A stretch of 64,000 nt of DNA, taken from the NCBI GenBank assembly GCA_963836755.1, contig CAWIKF010000002.1:1376001-1440000 (forward strand), given 5' to 3'. The stretch's first letter is position 1; each line of letters begins with the position of its first letter. This DNA comes from an uncultured Verrucomicrobiae bacterium. Its GTDB lineage: Bacteria; Verrucomicrobiota; Verrucomicrobiia; Chthoniobacterales; Chthoniobacteraceae. Below, piece after piece: positions 41,425 to 51,735 of this stretch. Both the position numbers and the translations under genes were made by a program. Under the pieces are notes generated by a model. It did no database searches and was not told where the DNA came from. It saw only the letters and a list, made by a program, of their open reading frames with translations.

Positions 41425-42384
41425 CGATCCTCGCCTGCGATCTCGGCGGCACGCGCATGAAGATCGGCGTGGTGCGCGACGGCCGCGTGCTCGCGAACAC
41501 GGTCGCCCCTTCCAACGCGAAACAAGGTCTCGCGCCGCAACTGCCGGTGCTGAAAAATGCGTGGCTGCAGTTGCTCGATGAAGTGCATTTGACCGCGGCC
41601 GACTGCGCCGGGATCAGCATGGCATTCCCGAGTTTTGTCGAGCCGGCAACCGGTCGCGTGCTCGCGGAATTTGGAAAGTTCGCCGACGCGATGGAGATGG
41701 ATCTGCGTGGTTGGGCGCAGCGCGAAATGGCTTTGCCTTTGGCGATTGAAAACGACGCGCGGATGGCGCTGGTCGGCGAATGGAAACATGGCGCGGGCGA
41801 GGGCGCGCGCGACCTCGTGATGATCACGCTCGGCACCGGCATCGGCACGGCCGCGGTCATCGATGGGCGGCTGCTGCGCGGTCGGCACTTCAAGGCGGGC
41901 GTGCTGGGCGGACACATGTCTGTTCATTATGCGGGCCGCCCGTGCCATTGCGGAAATATCGGCTGCACGGAAACGGAAGCATCCACGGCATTCCTCGCCG
42001 AACTCGCGACAGCGCGCGCCGATTTCGCCGCGAGTGCGCTCGCGCGCGAACCCGTGCTCGACTTTGCCGCAGTCTTCAAACTCGCGTCGGACGGCGACGC
42101 CTGCGCAGTCGCTTTGCGCGATCATAGTCTGCGCGTCTGGGCGACCCTCGCGGTGAATTTAATCCACGCCTTTGATCCGGAGATCGTGATTCTCGGCGGC
42201 GGCATCATGGCGAGCGCGGACGTCATCGTCCCGGCGATCGGCCGTTACGTGAACGAGCATGCGCAAACGCAAACGGGCCGCGTCGGAAATCGTGAAATCA
42301 AAACTCGGCGACGATGCGGCGCTGGTCGCCGGTGAATGGCTGCTCGCGGAACAATTTCCAAATTTAGAAATGGCTGCGAAATGA
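41421..42384 (+). pseudogene. ROK family sugar kinase, frameshifted near 42285
   Basis: DLGGT, ENDA, TLGTGIG, CHCGNIGC; C-terminal LGDDAALVAG lies in another frame. Confidence 0.85.
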
Positions 42385-44130
42385 ATTACGAAAAGTTTCC
42401 GAGCGTGAGCGTCCCGGACGGCGAAGGCGCATGCGTGCAAGGCTGGGACGCGATTGCCGAACGACTGCGGCTCGCAATCGATGGCAAAGAGGAAGGTAAA
42501 GTAGTTCTCGTGGTCGAGTGCTACACGGGCGTGGACGAAGCCGGAGTGCTGTCGGAATTAGAGTCGCGGCTTACGCCCGCGCTCGTGATCGAAGCGCGAG
42601 AAACTTTGCTGCCGCCCGCGCGCATCGATGAACTCGTCGCGCCATTTCTAGGCGGCGACGATCCGGTTTTTGGATTTCTTTCCGGGCTGGAATTGCCGGC
42701 GTTTTTCGATCGCGCGCGGATTGCGGCGGCTCGCGAAAACATTGATGCCATTCAAAGCGGCCTCGTGCTTGTCGTCGGCTGCGGCGCGCGCTTGATCGCC
42801 GACGGCGACCTCCTCGTTTATGCGGATCTCGCGCGCTGGGAAGCGCAGATGCGTTTTCGCCGAAACGAAATCAGCAATCTCGGCGTCGAGAACCGCACCC
42901 TCGCCGCGAGTCTGCAATACAAGCGCGCGTTTTTTGTCGATTGGCGTGTCTGCGACCGCTGGAAACGCCCACTCATCGCGCAGTGGGATTTTGTTCTCGA
43001 CACGAACGACCCGCGCGCGCCGAAGCTCGCGGAAGGCGAGGCCGTGCGGCGCGGGCTGCGGCACGCCACGACCCGGCCGTTTCGCGTGGTGCCCTTTTTC
43101 GATCCCGCGCCGTGGGGCGGTCAATGGATGAAGGAACATTGCGGCCTCGATCCCAGCGCCGAAAAATTACGGCTGGTGCTTCGACGGCGTGCCGGAGGAA
43201 AACAGCCTGCTCCTCGCGTTCGGCGAAACGCGCGTGGAAATTCCTTCGCTCGACCTGGTTTTCGCGCACCCGCGCGAGCTGCTAGGCGAGGCCGTCCATG
43301 CGCGCTTCGGCGACGAATTTCCGATTCGCTTCGATTTCCTCGACACGATGGGCGGCGGCCATCTCTCGTTCCAGGTGCATCCGCTCACGGAATATATCCA
43401 GCAGCATTTCGGCATGCATTACACGCAGGACGAGAGCTACTACATGCTCGATGCCGGACCTGGCGCGAGCGTTTATCTCGGGTTAAAAACGGGCATCGAT
43501 CCCGCGGAAATGTTGCGCGACCTCGAGACGGCGCAACGCGGCGGCGCGCCGTTTCCCGCCGAGAAACACGCAAATGTTTTCCCCGCGAAAAAGCACGATC
43601 ACTTCCTCATTCCCGCCGGCACGGTGCATTGCAGCGGCGCGGAATCGATGGTGCTCGAGATCAGCGCGACGCCTTACATTTTCACTTTTAAAATGTGGGA
43701 CTGGGGCCGACTCGGCCTCGATGGCAAACCGCGCCCGATCCATCTCCGGCACGGCGCTGCGAACATTCAATGGGACCGCACGACGGAATGGACCGAGCGA
43801 AATCTCGTAAACTGCTTCGTCCCGGTCGCGGAGGGCGATGGCTGGCGCGAAGAGCGCACCGGCTTGCACGAGCGCGAGTTCATCGAGACGCGGCGGCATT
43901 GGTTTACAAAAACTGTCCCGCACCACACGCACGGCGGCGTCAATATGCTGAACCTCGTCGAGGGCGCGGAAGCCGTGGTCGAAAGTCCGGCGGGCGCGTT
44001 TGCGCCGTTCGTCGTCCATTACGCGGAAACTTTCATCGTCCCCGCCGCGGTCGGCGCCTACACGATTCGCCCGCACGGCCCGGCTGTCGGCCACGAATGC
44101 GCGACGATGAAAGCCTTCGTCCGCACATAA
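42381..44130 (+). pseudogene. Class I mannose-6-phosphate isomerase-like gene, frameshifted near 43165
   Basis: PWGGQW, then NYGWCFDGVPEENSL and LSFQVHP, YTQDESYY, GTVH in shifted frame. Confidence 0.85.
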
Positions 44131-44139
44131 ACATCCGTC

Positions 44140-46560
44140 GTGGAAAGCAGCTCCGCTTCACGCTTCTTTCCGATCATCGGGATCAAAGTTCTCGCACTTT
44201 GCTTTGCAATCATCGCCAGCTCGATCGCCAGCGCCGCGACGACGCCCGCGGACTACGTGAACGTTTTCACCGGCAAAGGCGGCGCGCGCTGGATGTATGG
44301 GCCGGGCCCATGGATGCCGAACAGCATGGTCAAGCTCGCGCCTGACAACAAAGTCCAAGGCTACCGTTCCGGTTACGATTGCAGCTACAAAGCCATCAAC
44401 TGTTTCAGCCACATCCACGAATGGACGATGGCCGGGCTGGGGATGATGCCGACGGTCGGCCCGCTGCGCACGCACGCGGGGTTGGGCGAAGCGGATTACG
44501 GCTCGCACTTTGACGCGGACACGGAGCATGGCGGCATCGGGTTTTACGACGTATTGCTGAAGGAGAGCGGCATCAAGGTGGAGCTCACGGCCACCACGCG
44601 GGCCAGTTTGCAGCGCTACACTTTTCCCGCGAGCGATCAGGCGCGCGTGCTTTATCCGTTCATGATCCCGAACGAATACGCAATGCATATTCTCAGCGCG
44701 ACGGTGCGCCGGACAGGGCCTGATGAAATCGAGGGCACGGTCCAGACCGATATGCCAGAACCCGGTTACGTGGGAGACCAAAGGTTTGACCTGCACTTCG
44801 TTTCCCAGTTCAGCAAGCCGTTTGCGACCTTGGGCGGTTGGGAAAATGTGGCGGGCAAGGATGTCGAGATTCCACCGAAGGGATTGCGCCCGGCCGCGGA
44901 ATTGAACGGCTGGAAAGGCGGCAAAGTTCTCAACGATGTAAAAACGCTCGATCTCTCCGGCGACTGCGGGGCCTTCGTCACTTTCAAAACGAAAGCTGGC
45001 GAACAGCTCGAAGTCCGCACCGGCATCTCGCTGGTCAGCGTGGAAGACGCGCGGCTGAATCTCGAGCAGGAGCTTGCGAAACCCTTCGGCTGGAACTTTG
45101 ACGCAGTCGTCCAAAACCAGCGGAAAGTTTGGAACAACCTCTTCGACCGCATCGAAATCGAAACGCCAGACGCCCGCGAAAAAGTCCGCTTTTACTCCAG
45201 CCTTCATCGCGCATTTGCAGGGCGCAACACCTGGAGCGACGTCAACGGCAAATGGATCGACCCCTTCGGGCGCCCGCAGCAGCTCACCGATCCCGACGCG
45301 GTCATGCTCGGCTCCGACGCGCTCTGGACGACGTTCTGGAACCTGAACCAGTTGATGAATCTCATCGCGCCAGAGTGGTCGATGCGATGGACAAATTCCG
45401 AGCTGCAGCTTTACGACAAATGCGGTTGGCTCGCGAAAGGCCCCGCCGGGTTGAAATACATCGCCGTCATGGTGGCCGAGCATGAAATCCCGCTGATGGT
45501 CGCCGCGTATCAACACGGTCTTTCGGTGGATGGGGCAAAAATTTTGGAAGCCGCCGTCAAAATGCAGACGACGCTGCCCCAGCGAAACCTTCCTGGCGGC
45601 GGCGCCGCGGGGAATGCGAACCTCGCGCCTTATCTCAAATACGGCTACGTGCCGGATGACGGCCCGCGCGGGCCGGGCGGCGGTTACGGCTGGGACAAGG
45701 GCTACTCTTCCAACACCTACGAGTATGCCTATGACGACTGGTGCGTGGCGCAACTCGCGCTCGCGCTCGGCCGCAAGGAAATCGCGCGCGACTTCCTCAA
45801 GCGCTCGCAAAACTGGCGCAACCAGTTCGACGCCGCCATCGGCTACGCGCGTCCCCGCAAGATGAGCGGCGAATGGGTCACCCCTTTCGACGAATACAAA
45901 ACCGGCGGCTTCGCCGAGAGCGACGCCTGGCAATACACCTGGTTCGTCCCGCAGGATGTGCCGGGGCTCATCGAGGCGATGGGCCGCGAGCGTTTCATCA
46001 GCCGGCTCGATGCAGGTTTTCAAAGCTCGGTGCGCAGCCGGTTCAATGGCGGCGGCCGCTCCGCCGTCAACCACGGCAACGAACCGGCGATGCAAGTCTC
46101 GTGGCTCTTCAATTGGGCCGGCACGCCGTGGCTCACGCAGAAATGGGTGCGCGCCATCCTCCAGCGATACTATGGCTACACGCCCGCCGACTTTTATCTC
46201 GGCGACGAGGATCAGGGCCAGATGAGCTCCTGGTTCGTCATGTCCTCCATGGGACTTTTTGAAATGGACGGCGGCTGCCGGCCCCATCCCGTGTATGAAA
46301 TCAGCGCGCCGCTTTACCCGAAAATCACCCTCCACCTCGCTGCGATCAAAAACGAGCCGCGGAAAGATTTCGTCATCGAGGCGCCGAACGCCTCCCCGGC
46401 CAACTGCTACATCCAATCGGCAACCCTCGATGGAAAACCGCTCAACCAGTGGTGGATCGCGTGGCAGGACGTGGTCAAAGGCGGCAAACTCGTGCTCGAC
46501 CTCGGCCCCGAGCCGAGCGAAAAATGGGCGAAAGACTGCCCGCTCCCGCCGGTGGAGTAG
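44140..46560 (+). CDS. GH92 alpha-mannosidase
   Basis: EYAYDDW, ESDAWQYTWFVPQD, NHGNEP, GDEDQGQMSSW. Confidence 0.93.
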   Translation: MESSSASRFFPIIGIKVLALCFAIIASSIASAATTPADYVNVFTGKGGARWMYGPGPWMPNSMVKLAPDNKVQGYRSGYDCSYKAINCFSHIHEWTMAGLGMMPTVGPLRTHAGLGEADYGSHFDADTEHGGIGFYDVLLKESGIKVELTATTRASLQRYTFPASDQARVLYPFMIPNEYAMHILSATVRRTGPDEIEGTVQTDMPEPGYVGDQRFDLHFVSQFSKPFATLGGWENVAGKDVEIPPKGLRPAAELNGWKGGKVLNDVKTLDLSGDCGAFVTFKTKAGEQLEVRTGISLVSVEDARLNLEQELAKPFGWNFDAVVQNQRKVWNNLFDRIEIETPDAREKVRFYSSLHRAFAGRNTWSDVNGKWIDPFGRPQQLTDPDAVMLGSDALWTTFWNLNQLMNLIAPEWSMRWTNSELQLYDKCGWLAKGPAGLKYIAVMVAEHEIPLMVAAYQHGLSVDGAKILEAAVKMQTTLPQRNLPGGGAAGNANLAPYLKYGYVPDDGPRGPGGGYGWDKGYSSNTYEYAYDDWCVAQLALALGRKEIARDFLKRSQNWRNQFDAAIGYARPRKMSGEWVTPFDEYKTGGFAESDAWQYTWFVPQDVPGLIEAMGRERFISRLDAGFQSSVRSRFNGGGRSAVNHGNEPAMQVSWLFNWAGTPWLTQKWVRAILQRYYGYTPADFYLGDEDQGQMSSWFVMSSMGLFEMDGGCRPHPVYEISAPLYPKITLHLAAIKNEPRKDFVIEAPNASPANCYIQSATLDGKPLNQWWIAWQDVVKGGKLVLDLGPEPSEKWAKDCPLPPVE

Positions 46561-46768
46561 CCCGGGAGAGAACAAACCGCTCCTCGGAGCGAACGAATGG
46601 CTCCTCGGAACGGAGGAATGGCTGGCGGGAGCGGATGAACCGTTCCTCGGAGCGAACGGACCGCGCTTGGGAGCTGACGAACCGCTCTCCGGGGTGAACG
46701 GACCGCGCTTCGGAGCGGACGGACCGCGCTTCGGGGTAAACCGATGGCGCTTCGGCCTCTGCCGATCA
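46561..46768. repeat. Intergenic tandem array of about 10 degenerate 21-bp units
   Basis: Units such as ctcctcggagcgaacgaatgg and cgcttcggagcggacggaccg. Confidence 0.9.
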
Positions 46769-46849
46769 CTCCATCCGGTGGCGAGGCGCGAGATAAGGCA
46801 TTGCAAAGCCGCGCGCCGCTTTTAAATTAGCGGCCCGTTTTTACAGGCC

Positions 46850-48463
46850 ATGATCGAAATCAATCCTAACTTTGCCGCCGTCAAACAGGGGCTCATCCCG
46901 CTCACGCCTCAGGAAAAATTGAAGCAGGAAAAAGATGCGCTCGATGTCATCCACGACATTTATCGCTACGCGAAAACCGGCTTCGCCTCGATCGCCGAGG
47001 ATGATTTTGAGCGGATGAAATGGTATGGCGTCTATCGGCAAAAGCCGAAGGACAGCGGCTATTTCATGATGCGGACCAAAGTCCCCGGCGGCCAGCTCAC
47101 GGGCGCGCAGGCAAAGGTTTTGTCGAGCCTCGCGGATCAATACGGACACGGCTTTTGCGACATCACCACGCGGCAGACCATCCAGATGCATTGGCTGCGC
47201 ATCGAGGATTTCCCGGACATTTTCGCGCAGCTGAAAGCGGTCGGCATCACGACCAGCGGCGCGTGCGGCGATGACACGCGCAACGTCGTCGGCTGCCCGG
47301 TCTGCGGCATCGATCCGGAGGAAATCATCGATGCGACCGACGTGCTGCACGAGGTCAGCGCGCACATGACGGACAATCGCGAATTTTCAAACCTGCCGCG
47401 CAAATACAAAATCAGCGTCAGCGGCTGCTGCATCCGTTGCGCGCAGCCGGACATCAATTGCTGCTCGGTCTTCGGACTCAGGCGCGGCGACGAAGCGGGC
47501 TACGGCATCATGGTCGGCGGCGGACTTTCCTCCGCGCCGCACCTCGCGCAGACGCTGCCGTTTTTCATCCGGCCGGAGCAGGTCTGGCCGGTGGTGAAAG
47601 CAGTGAGCGAAATCTTTCGCGATGAAGGTTATCGCGCGAAGCGGACGCGCGCGCGGTTCAAGTTTCTCGTCGCCGATTGGGGCGTGGAAAAAATGGCGGC
47701 GGCTGTGCGGGAGAAGCTCGATTTCCAGCTCGACTCGCACACGGATTTTCCCGTTCCGCGCGACCAGGAGACCGATCACCTCGGCATTCACGCGCAGAAA
47801 CAGCCGGGACTTTTTTGGATCGGCGTCAACTTTGCCGGCGGTCGCGTGCGCGAGGGGCAACTGGCCCTCGTCGGCGAGCTCGCGGCGAAACATTGCGCGC
47901 CCGGCAAAGATGCGATCCGGCTCACCGCGAAGCAAAATCTTCTCATCCTCAATGTGCCGGAAGCGAACATTCCCGCGCTCAAGGCCGACCTCGATGCGCA
48001 CGGACTTGTTTATGAATCGTCAAACTTCCGCAAAGGATGCGTGAGCTGCACCGGCATCGAGTTTTGCAATCTCGCCATCGCCGAGACGAAAAACAGGATG
48101 ATAAACCTCGTCCAACAACTGGAAACGACGAGCGGCTGGTATAAAGACAAAATCCGCATCCACTTTTCCGGCTGCCCGTCGAGCTGCGGCCAGCATCAGA
48201 TTGCCGACATCGGCTTCCGCGGCGCGCGCACGAAAGTCAACGGCGAGCAGGTCGATGCCTTCGACGCCTTCATCGGCGGCCGGCTCGGCGTGAACCGGCG
48301 GTTCAACGAATTGCTGAAGGGAAAGATCATCGCAAAGGATGTCCACCTTTTCATCGACAAGCTGCTGCGCATCTTTGACGCGAAGAAAATCGACGGCGAA
48401 AACTTCGCGGAGTTCTGCGATCGCGTGCCGAAGGAGGAGATCCTCGCCGCGCTCAACGCGTGA
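46850..48463 (+). CDS. Nitrite/sulfite reductase hemoprotein
   Basis: TTRQ, LPRKYK, CTGIEFC, SGCPSSCG siroheme/4Fe-4S motifs. Confidence 0.93.
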   Translation: MIEINPNFAAVKQGLIPLTPQEKLKQEKDALDVIHDIYRYAKTGFASIAEDDFERMKWYGVYRQKPKDSGYFMMRTKVPGGQLTGAQAKVLSSLADQYGHGFCDITTRQTIQMHWLRIEDFPDIFAQLKAVGITTSGACGDDTRNVVGCPVCGIDPEEIIDATDVLHEVSAHMTDNREFSNLPRKYKISVSGCCIRCAQPDINCCSVFGLRRGDEAGYGIMVGGGLSSAPHLAQTLPFFIRPEQVWPVVKAVSEIFRDEGYRAKRTRARFKFLVADWGVEKMAAAVREKLDFQLDSHTDFPVPRDQETDHLGIHAQKQPGLFWIGVNFAGGRVREGQLALVGELAAKHCAPGKDAIRLTAKQNLLILNVPEANIPALKADLDAHGLVYESSNFRKGCVSCTGIEFCNLAIAETKNRMINLVQQLETTSGWYKDKIRIHFSGCPSSCGQHQIADIGFRGARTKVNGEQVDAFDAFIGGRLGVNRRFNELLKGKIIAKDVHLFIDKLLRIFDAKKIDGENFAEFCDRVPKEEILAALNA

Positions 48464-48582
48464 GCTGAAAACAATCGTCAAATTCGCGGAACCAGCGGGG
48501 AAAGCCGGGGTTGGATTGACTGTCGCCGCGATTCATCCCCACCGGATGCATCGCGAAGACAGCAAACAAACAAACATCGAAT

Positions 48583-49002
48583 ATGAAAAAACTGACATTA
48601 GTTCTCACCACACTCGCGGCAGGCGCGGGCTTCGCCTTTGCGGCGGATGAAACCACACCCTCTTCGTCTCCCACCGCTCCGTCCTCGGAACATGGCGAGC
48701 ACGGCCCGGGACACCCGCACCGGTCTCCTGAAGAAATCTTCAAGAAACTGGACACCAATAACGACGGCAAAGTCAGCCTCGAGGAATTCAAGGCGAGCCC
48801 GATGGCGCAAAAGAATCCCGAAAAGGCCGAGGAGCGGTTTAAGAAAATCGACACCGATCATGACGGCTCTTTGACGCTGGAGGAATTCAAAGCTGGTCGT
48901 CCTCCGGGCGGCCCCGGCGGCGGCCCTGGCCATCATCATCATGACGATGACGGCAATAAAGGCTCGGCCACTTCTACCCCGAGCGGGGATGCGAAACAGT
49001 AG
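48583..49002 (+). CDS. Secreted EF-hand protein
   Basis: Signal peptide; DTNNDGKVSLEE and DTDHDGSLTLEE. Confidence 0.9.
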   Translation: MKKLTLVLTTLAAGAGFAFAADETTPSSSPTAPSSEHGEHGPGHPHRSPEEIFKKLDTNNDGKVSLEEFKASPMAQKNPEKAEERFKKIDTDHDGSLTLEEFKAGRPPGGPGGGPGHHHHDDDGNKGSATSTPSGDAKQ

Positions 49003-49038
49003 ATCGAGTTAACCGCGGTTCATTCCGCGAAAAACTGG

Positions 49039-49073
49039 GAGCCGTCCGGTCAATCCGGGCGGCTCTTTTTTTT
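49039..49073 (+). terminator. Intrinsic terminator
   Basis: gagccgtccgg...ccgggcggctc then T8. Confidence 0.85.
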
Positions 49074-49078
49074 GCGCG

Positions 49079-50050
49079 CTAATCTTCGTAGCCGCGCGGA
49101 TGCGCCACGTGCCACGCCCATGCGCTCTCGACGATTTTGTCGATGCTCTGGAACTTCGGCTGCCAGCCGAGCTCGCGCGCAATTTTTTCCGAGCTCGCGA
49201 TGAGCCGCGGCGGATCGCCCGGACGGCGCGGCTTTTCTATGACGGGAATTTCCTTGCCCGTCACCCGCTCGCACGCGGCGATCACCTCGCGCACGCTCGT
49301 GCCGCCGCCGGTGCCGAGATTGTAAAACGCGCTTTGCGTCGCGCCGAGCGCCAGCGTGTGCGCCTGCGCCAGATCGACGATGTGGATGTAATCGCGAATG
49401 CACGTCCCGTCCGGCGTTTCATAATCCGTCCCGTAAATCTCCACGTGCGGCTTTTGCCCGAGCGCGACCTTCAGCACATTCGGGATCAAATGCGTCTCGC
49501 ACCGATGATCCTCGCCATATTTTTCCGTCGCGCCCGCCGCATTGAAATACCGCAGCGCCACGAACCGCAGCGCGTGGATCTCGTCATACCAGCGCAGCAC
49601 TTTCTCGAACATCAGCTTCGACTCGCCGTAGGGATTGATCGGCCGCTGCGGCAAAGTTTCATCGATCGGCACCCGCTCCGGCGGACCGAACGTCGCGCAG
49701 GTCGAGCTGAAAACGAACCGCTTCACGCCAAATTCCAGCATCGCGTCCAGCAGGTTCAATCCGCCGTAAACATTATTGCGAAAATACTTCGACGGATTCT
49801 CCATCGACTCGCCCACCAGCGCGTTCGCGGCGAAATGCATCACCGCCTCCGGCTTCGTCTCGCGCATCGCATCGGCGATCGACGCGCGATCCTGCAGCTC
49901 GCCCACGATCAGCGTCGCGCGCGGATCGATTGCGTTGCGATGCCCCTCCGTGAAATTATCGAAAACAGTGACGGCATGGCCGAGGTCGAGGAGCTGCTCC
50001 ACGCAAATACTGCCGATGTAGCCGGCGCCGCCGGTGACGAGGATTTTCAT
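49079..50050 (-). CDS. galE: UDP-glucose 4-epimerase
   Basis: TGGAGYIGS, YGESK, LRYFNAAGA, DGTCIRDYIH. Confidence 0.96.
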   Translation of the reverse strand: MKILVTGGAGYIGSICVEQLLDLGHAVTVFDNFTEGHRNAIDPRATLIVGELQDRASIADAMRETKPEAVMHFAANALVGESMENPSKYFRNNVYGGLNLLDAMLEFGVKRFVFSSTCATFGPPERVPIDETLPQRPINPYGESKLMFEKVLRWYDEIHALRFVALRYFNAAGATEKYGEDHRCETHLIPNVLKVALGQKPHVEIYGTDYETPDGTCIRDYIHIVDLAQAHTLALGATQSAFYNLGTGGGTSVREVIAACERVTGKEIPVIEKPRRPGDPPRLIASSEKIARELGWQPKFQSIDKIVESAWAWHVAHPRGYED

Positions 50051-50101
50051 CGCCGTGCTTTGTCACCGCTTTCGCCCGCGGCGTCAAGGGGTTTGGGCGT
50101 G

Positions 50102-50250
50102 GCCAGTCATCAGTATTCAGTGCGTCAGTAGTCAGTGCGTCAGTAGTCAGTGCGTCAGTAGTTAAAGGCGTCAAGCCGCGCGAGTCTGACTGACCACTGA
50201 TTACTGGCAACTGATTACTGACTACTGGAAACTGGAAACTGGAAACGGAA
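50102..50250. repeat. Short tandem repeats arranged as an imperfect inverted repeat
   Basis: (cagtgcgtcagtagt)x3 facing actgattactg, actgactactgg and (ctggaaa)x3. Confidence 0.75.
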
Positions 50251-50371
50251 ATGCCTAAAAGCAAATCGAGCACTTTCTCCTCGCCACCCGTCTCACCGGT
50301 ATTCAAGATCCCCCCATGCGCCGCCTTTCAAAACGGCTACCAGAGAATTTGCAAGAAATAGACTGCGCGCC

Positions 50372-50389
50372 GTCTAATACTCGTTAGGC
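50372..50389 (+). other. attI-like simple site
   Basis: gtctaat-actc-GTTAGGC just before first cassette ORF. Confidence 0.55.
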
Positions 50390-50406
50390 GTATTTCGCAC
50401 CGCTCC

Positions 50407-50778
50407 ATGACAACCACGTCGCAACAAGCAGTCGTGACCTGCGCCGACAGCGTCAGCGTTATCTATAGCGAGTTTGGTATCTTGAAGACGGTTGTAGCTG
50501 CTATCACGTTCGTTGGCTTTGTGTTTCTTGGTCTGTGGATGCACGCTCTTTGGCTCGGAGTCGTCGGCATCCTTCTTATCGCGAGCTTCCTCGTTGTGCC
50601 GCACGTTTTCCGTATCCATCGCTTTCTGAGTTCGCTCCCATGTCCGGTCTGCGGTTTACCGGCCGGGAGATATATTTCGAGGATCTCCAGAATCTATATT
50701 CGGTGCAAGCATTGCGGGCACGAAGCTCCAACTGATTGCAAGTTCCTTTACGCCGGAGGACCACCGATTAAGCTATGA
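50407..50778 (+). CDS. Cassette 1: membrane protein with C-terminal zinc ribbon
   Basis: Two TM segments; CPVC and CKHC. Confidence 0.7.
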   Translation: MTTTSQQAVVTCADSVSVIYSEFGILKTVVAAITFVGFVFLGLWMHALWLGVVGILLIASFLVVPHVFRIHRFLSSLPCPVCGLPAGRYISRISRIYIRCKHCGHEAPTDCKFLYAGGPPIKL

Positions 50779-50800
50779 CTCACCCGACGCAACCCAATAC

Positions 50801-50918
50801 GCCTAACCATGCGATGCAGCTAACAGGCTCCGCGCGTCACGGTAGCTGCTCCCCGCAGACCCGCCACGGCAGCTACCGCGCCGCGCTCCGCCTGTAGCTG
50901 ATCTTGTTCTCGTTAGGC
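50801..50918 (+). repeat. attC site 1
   Basis: GCCTAAC...GTTAGGC, 118 bp imperfect palindrome. Confidence 0.92.
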
Positions 50919-50923
50919 ACCTA

Positions 50924-51598
50924 ATGCACGTTCCACCACATGCGAATCGGACGCCGGAACAAATCGTCGATGGCAAACGACTCTTCGATTCTGCGTGGCA
51001 TTTTTGGCAGGCGCTTTCTTGGTTCGACCACGCCAAACGCAAGACCAACATTACAGCCCTCCAATATGCCGCCCTCGAACTTCGCCTCGGCATCGAACAC
51101 CTCTGGTTCGACATCATCGTTACTGCTGTCGGCGGCAAATTGGACATCCGTGAGTATTCCCGCTGCAAGGGCGACTCCACCAAGATGTATAAGGTTCTCG
51201 ACCGCCTTTCCCCCGACCAAGCGAAACTCGTTCGCTTCACCAATATCTCTGGATCGCTCGACCCCAATCAACCGCCGCTCATCGAATGGGACATCCCACG
51301 GCTCAAACGACTTCACGGAGAGACTTCCCAGTATCTGCACTTTCTTGGCATCCCCCCCGAAACCACCGACAGCCCCAAATGGTTTGTCGCGGCGCTCACG
51401 CTACTTGAGACAGGCGCGGATTACATTTGGCACCACCTTACGACCGCCCGCACGGGCCAACTCAACATCGACTCGATGCCACCCGAGGTTCGAAATACTT
51501 GGGAGGCTTTTCGAGTCGGTCAGCTCGACGAGGATTCAGTCCGCACTCGACTGCAACTCGCTCAACCCGTTCTCCGCAAGCGAAGGCGCGGCGCCTAA
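50924..51598 (+). CDS. Cassette 2: hypothetical helical protein
   Basis: Fills the space between attC1 and attC2; stop codon inside GCCTAAC. Confidence 0.85.
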   Translation: MHVPPHANRTPEQIVDGKRLFDSAWHFWQALSWFDHAKRKTNITALQYAALELRLGIEHLWFDIIVTAVGGKLDIREYSRCKGDSTKMYKVLDRLSPDQAKLVRFTNISGSLDPNQPPLIEWDIPRLKRLHGETSQYLHFLGIPPETTDSPKWFVAALTLLETGADYIWHHLTTARTGQLNIDSMPPEVRNTWEAFRVGQLDEDSVRTRLQLAQPVLRKRRRGA

Positions 51599-51715
51599 CC
51601 ATGCGCTGCAGCGAACCGCTCCGGGCGTCACGGTAGCTGCTTCCAGCCACCGCCTTTCCCCACCATGCAGCTACCGCGCCGCCCTCCGCAGTCGCTGAGC
51701 TTGGGGTCGTTAGGC
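51593..51715 (+). repeat. attC site 2
   Basis: GCCTAAC...GTTAGGC, 123 bp. Confidence 0.92.
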
Positions 51716-51735
51716 GGTGCTCGCGCCATCTGCTA

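Noticed and set aside
44158..46806. 882-aa minus-strand ORF
   Set aside because: Antisense shadow of the GH92 gene, expected in GC-rich DNA; same applies to 4949-5914, 9743-11251 and 40120-41394
50250..50320. intI N-terminal remnant (GGEEKVLDLL)
   Set aside because: Too short and degenerate; no tyrosine recombinase motif
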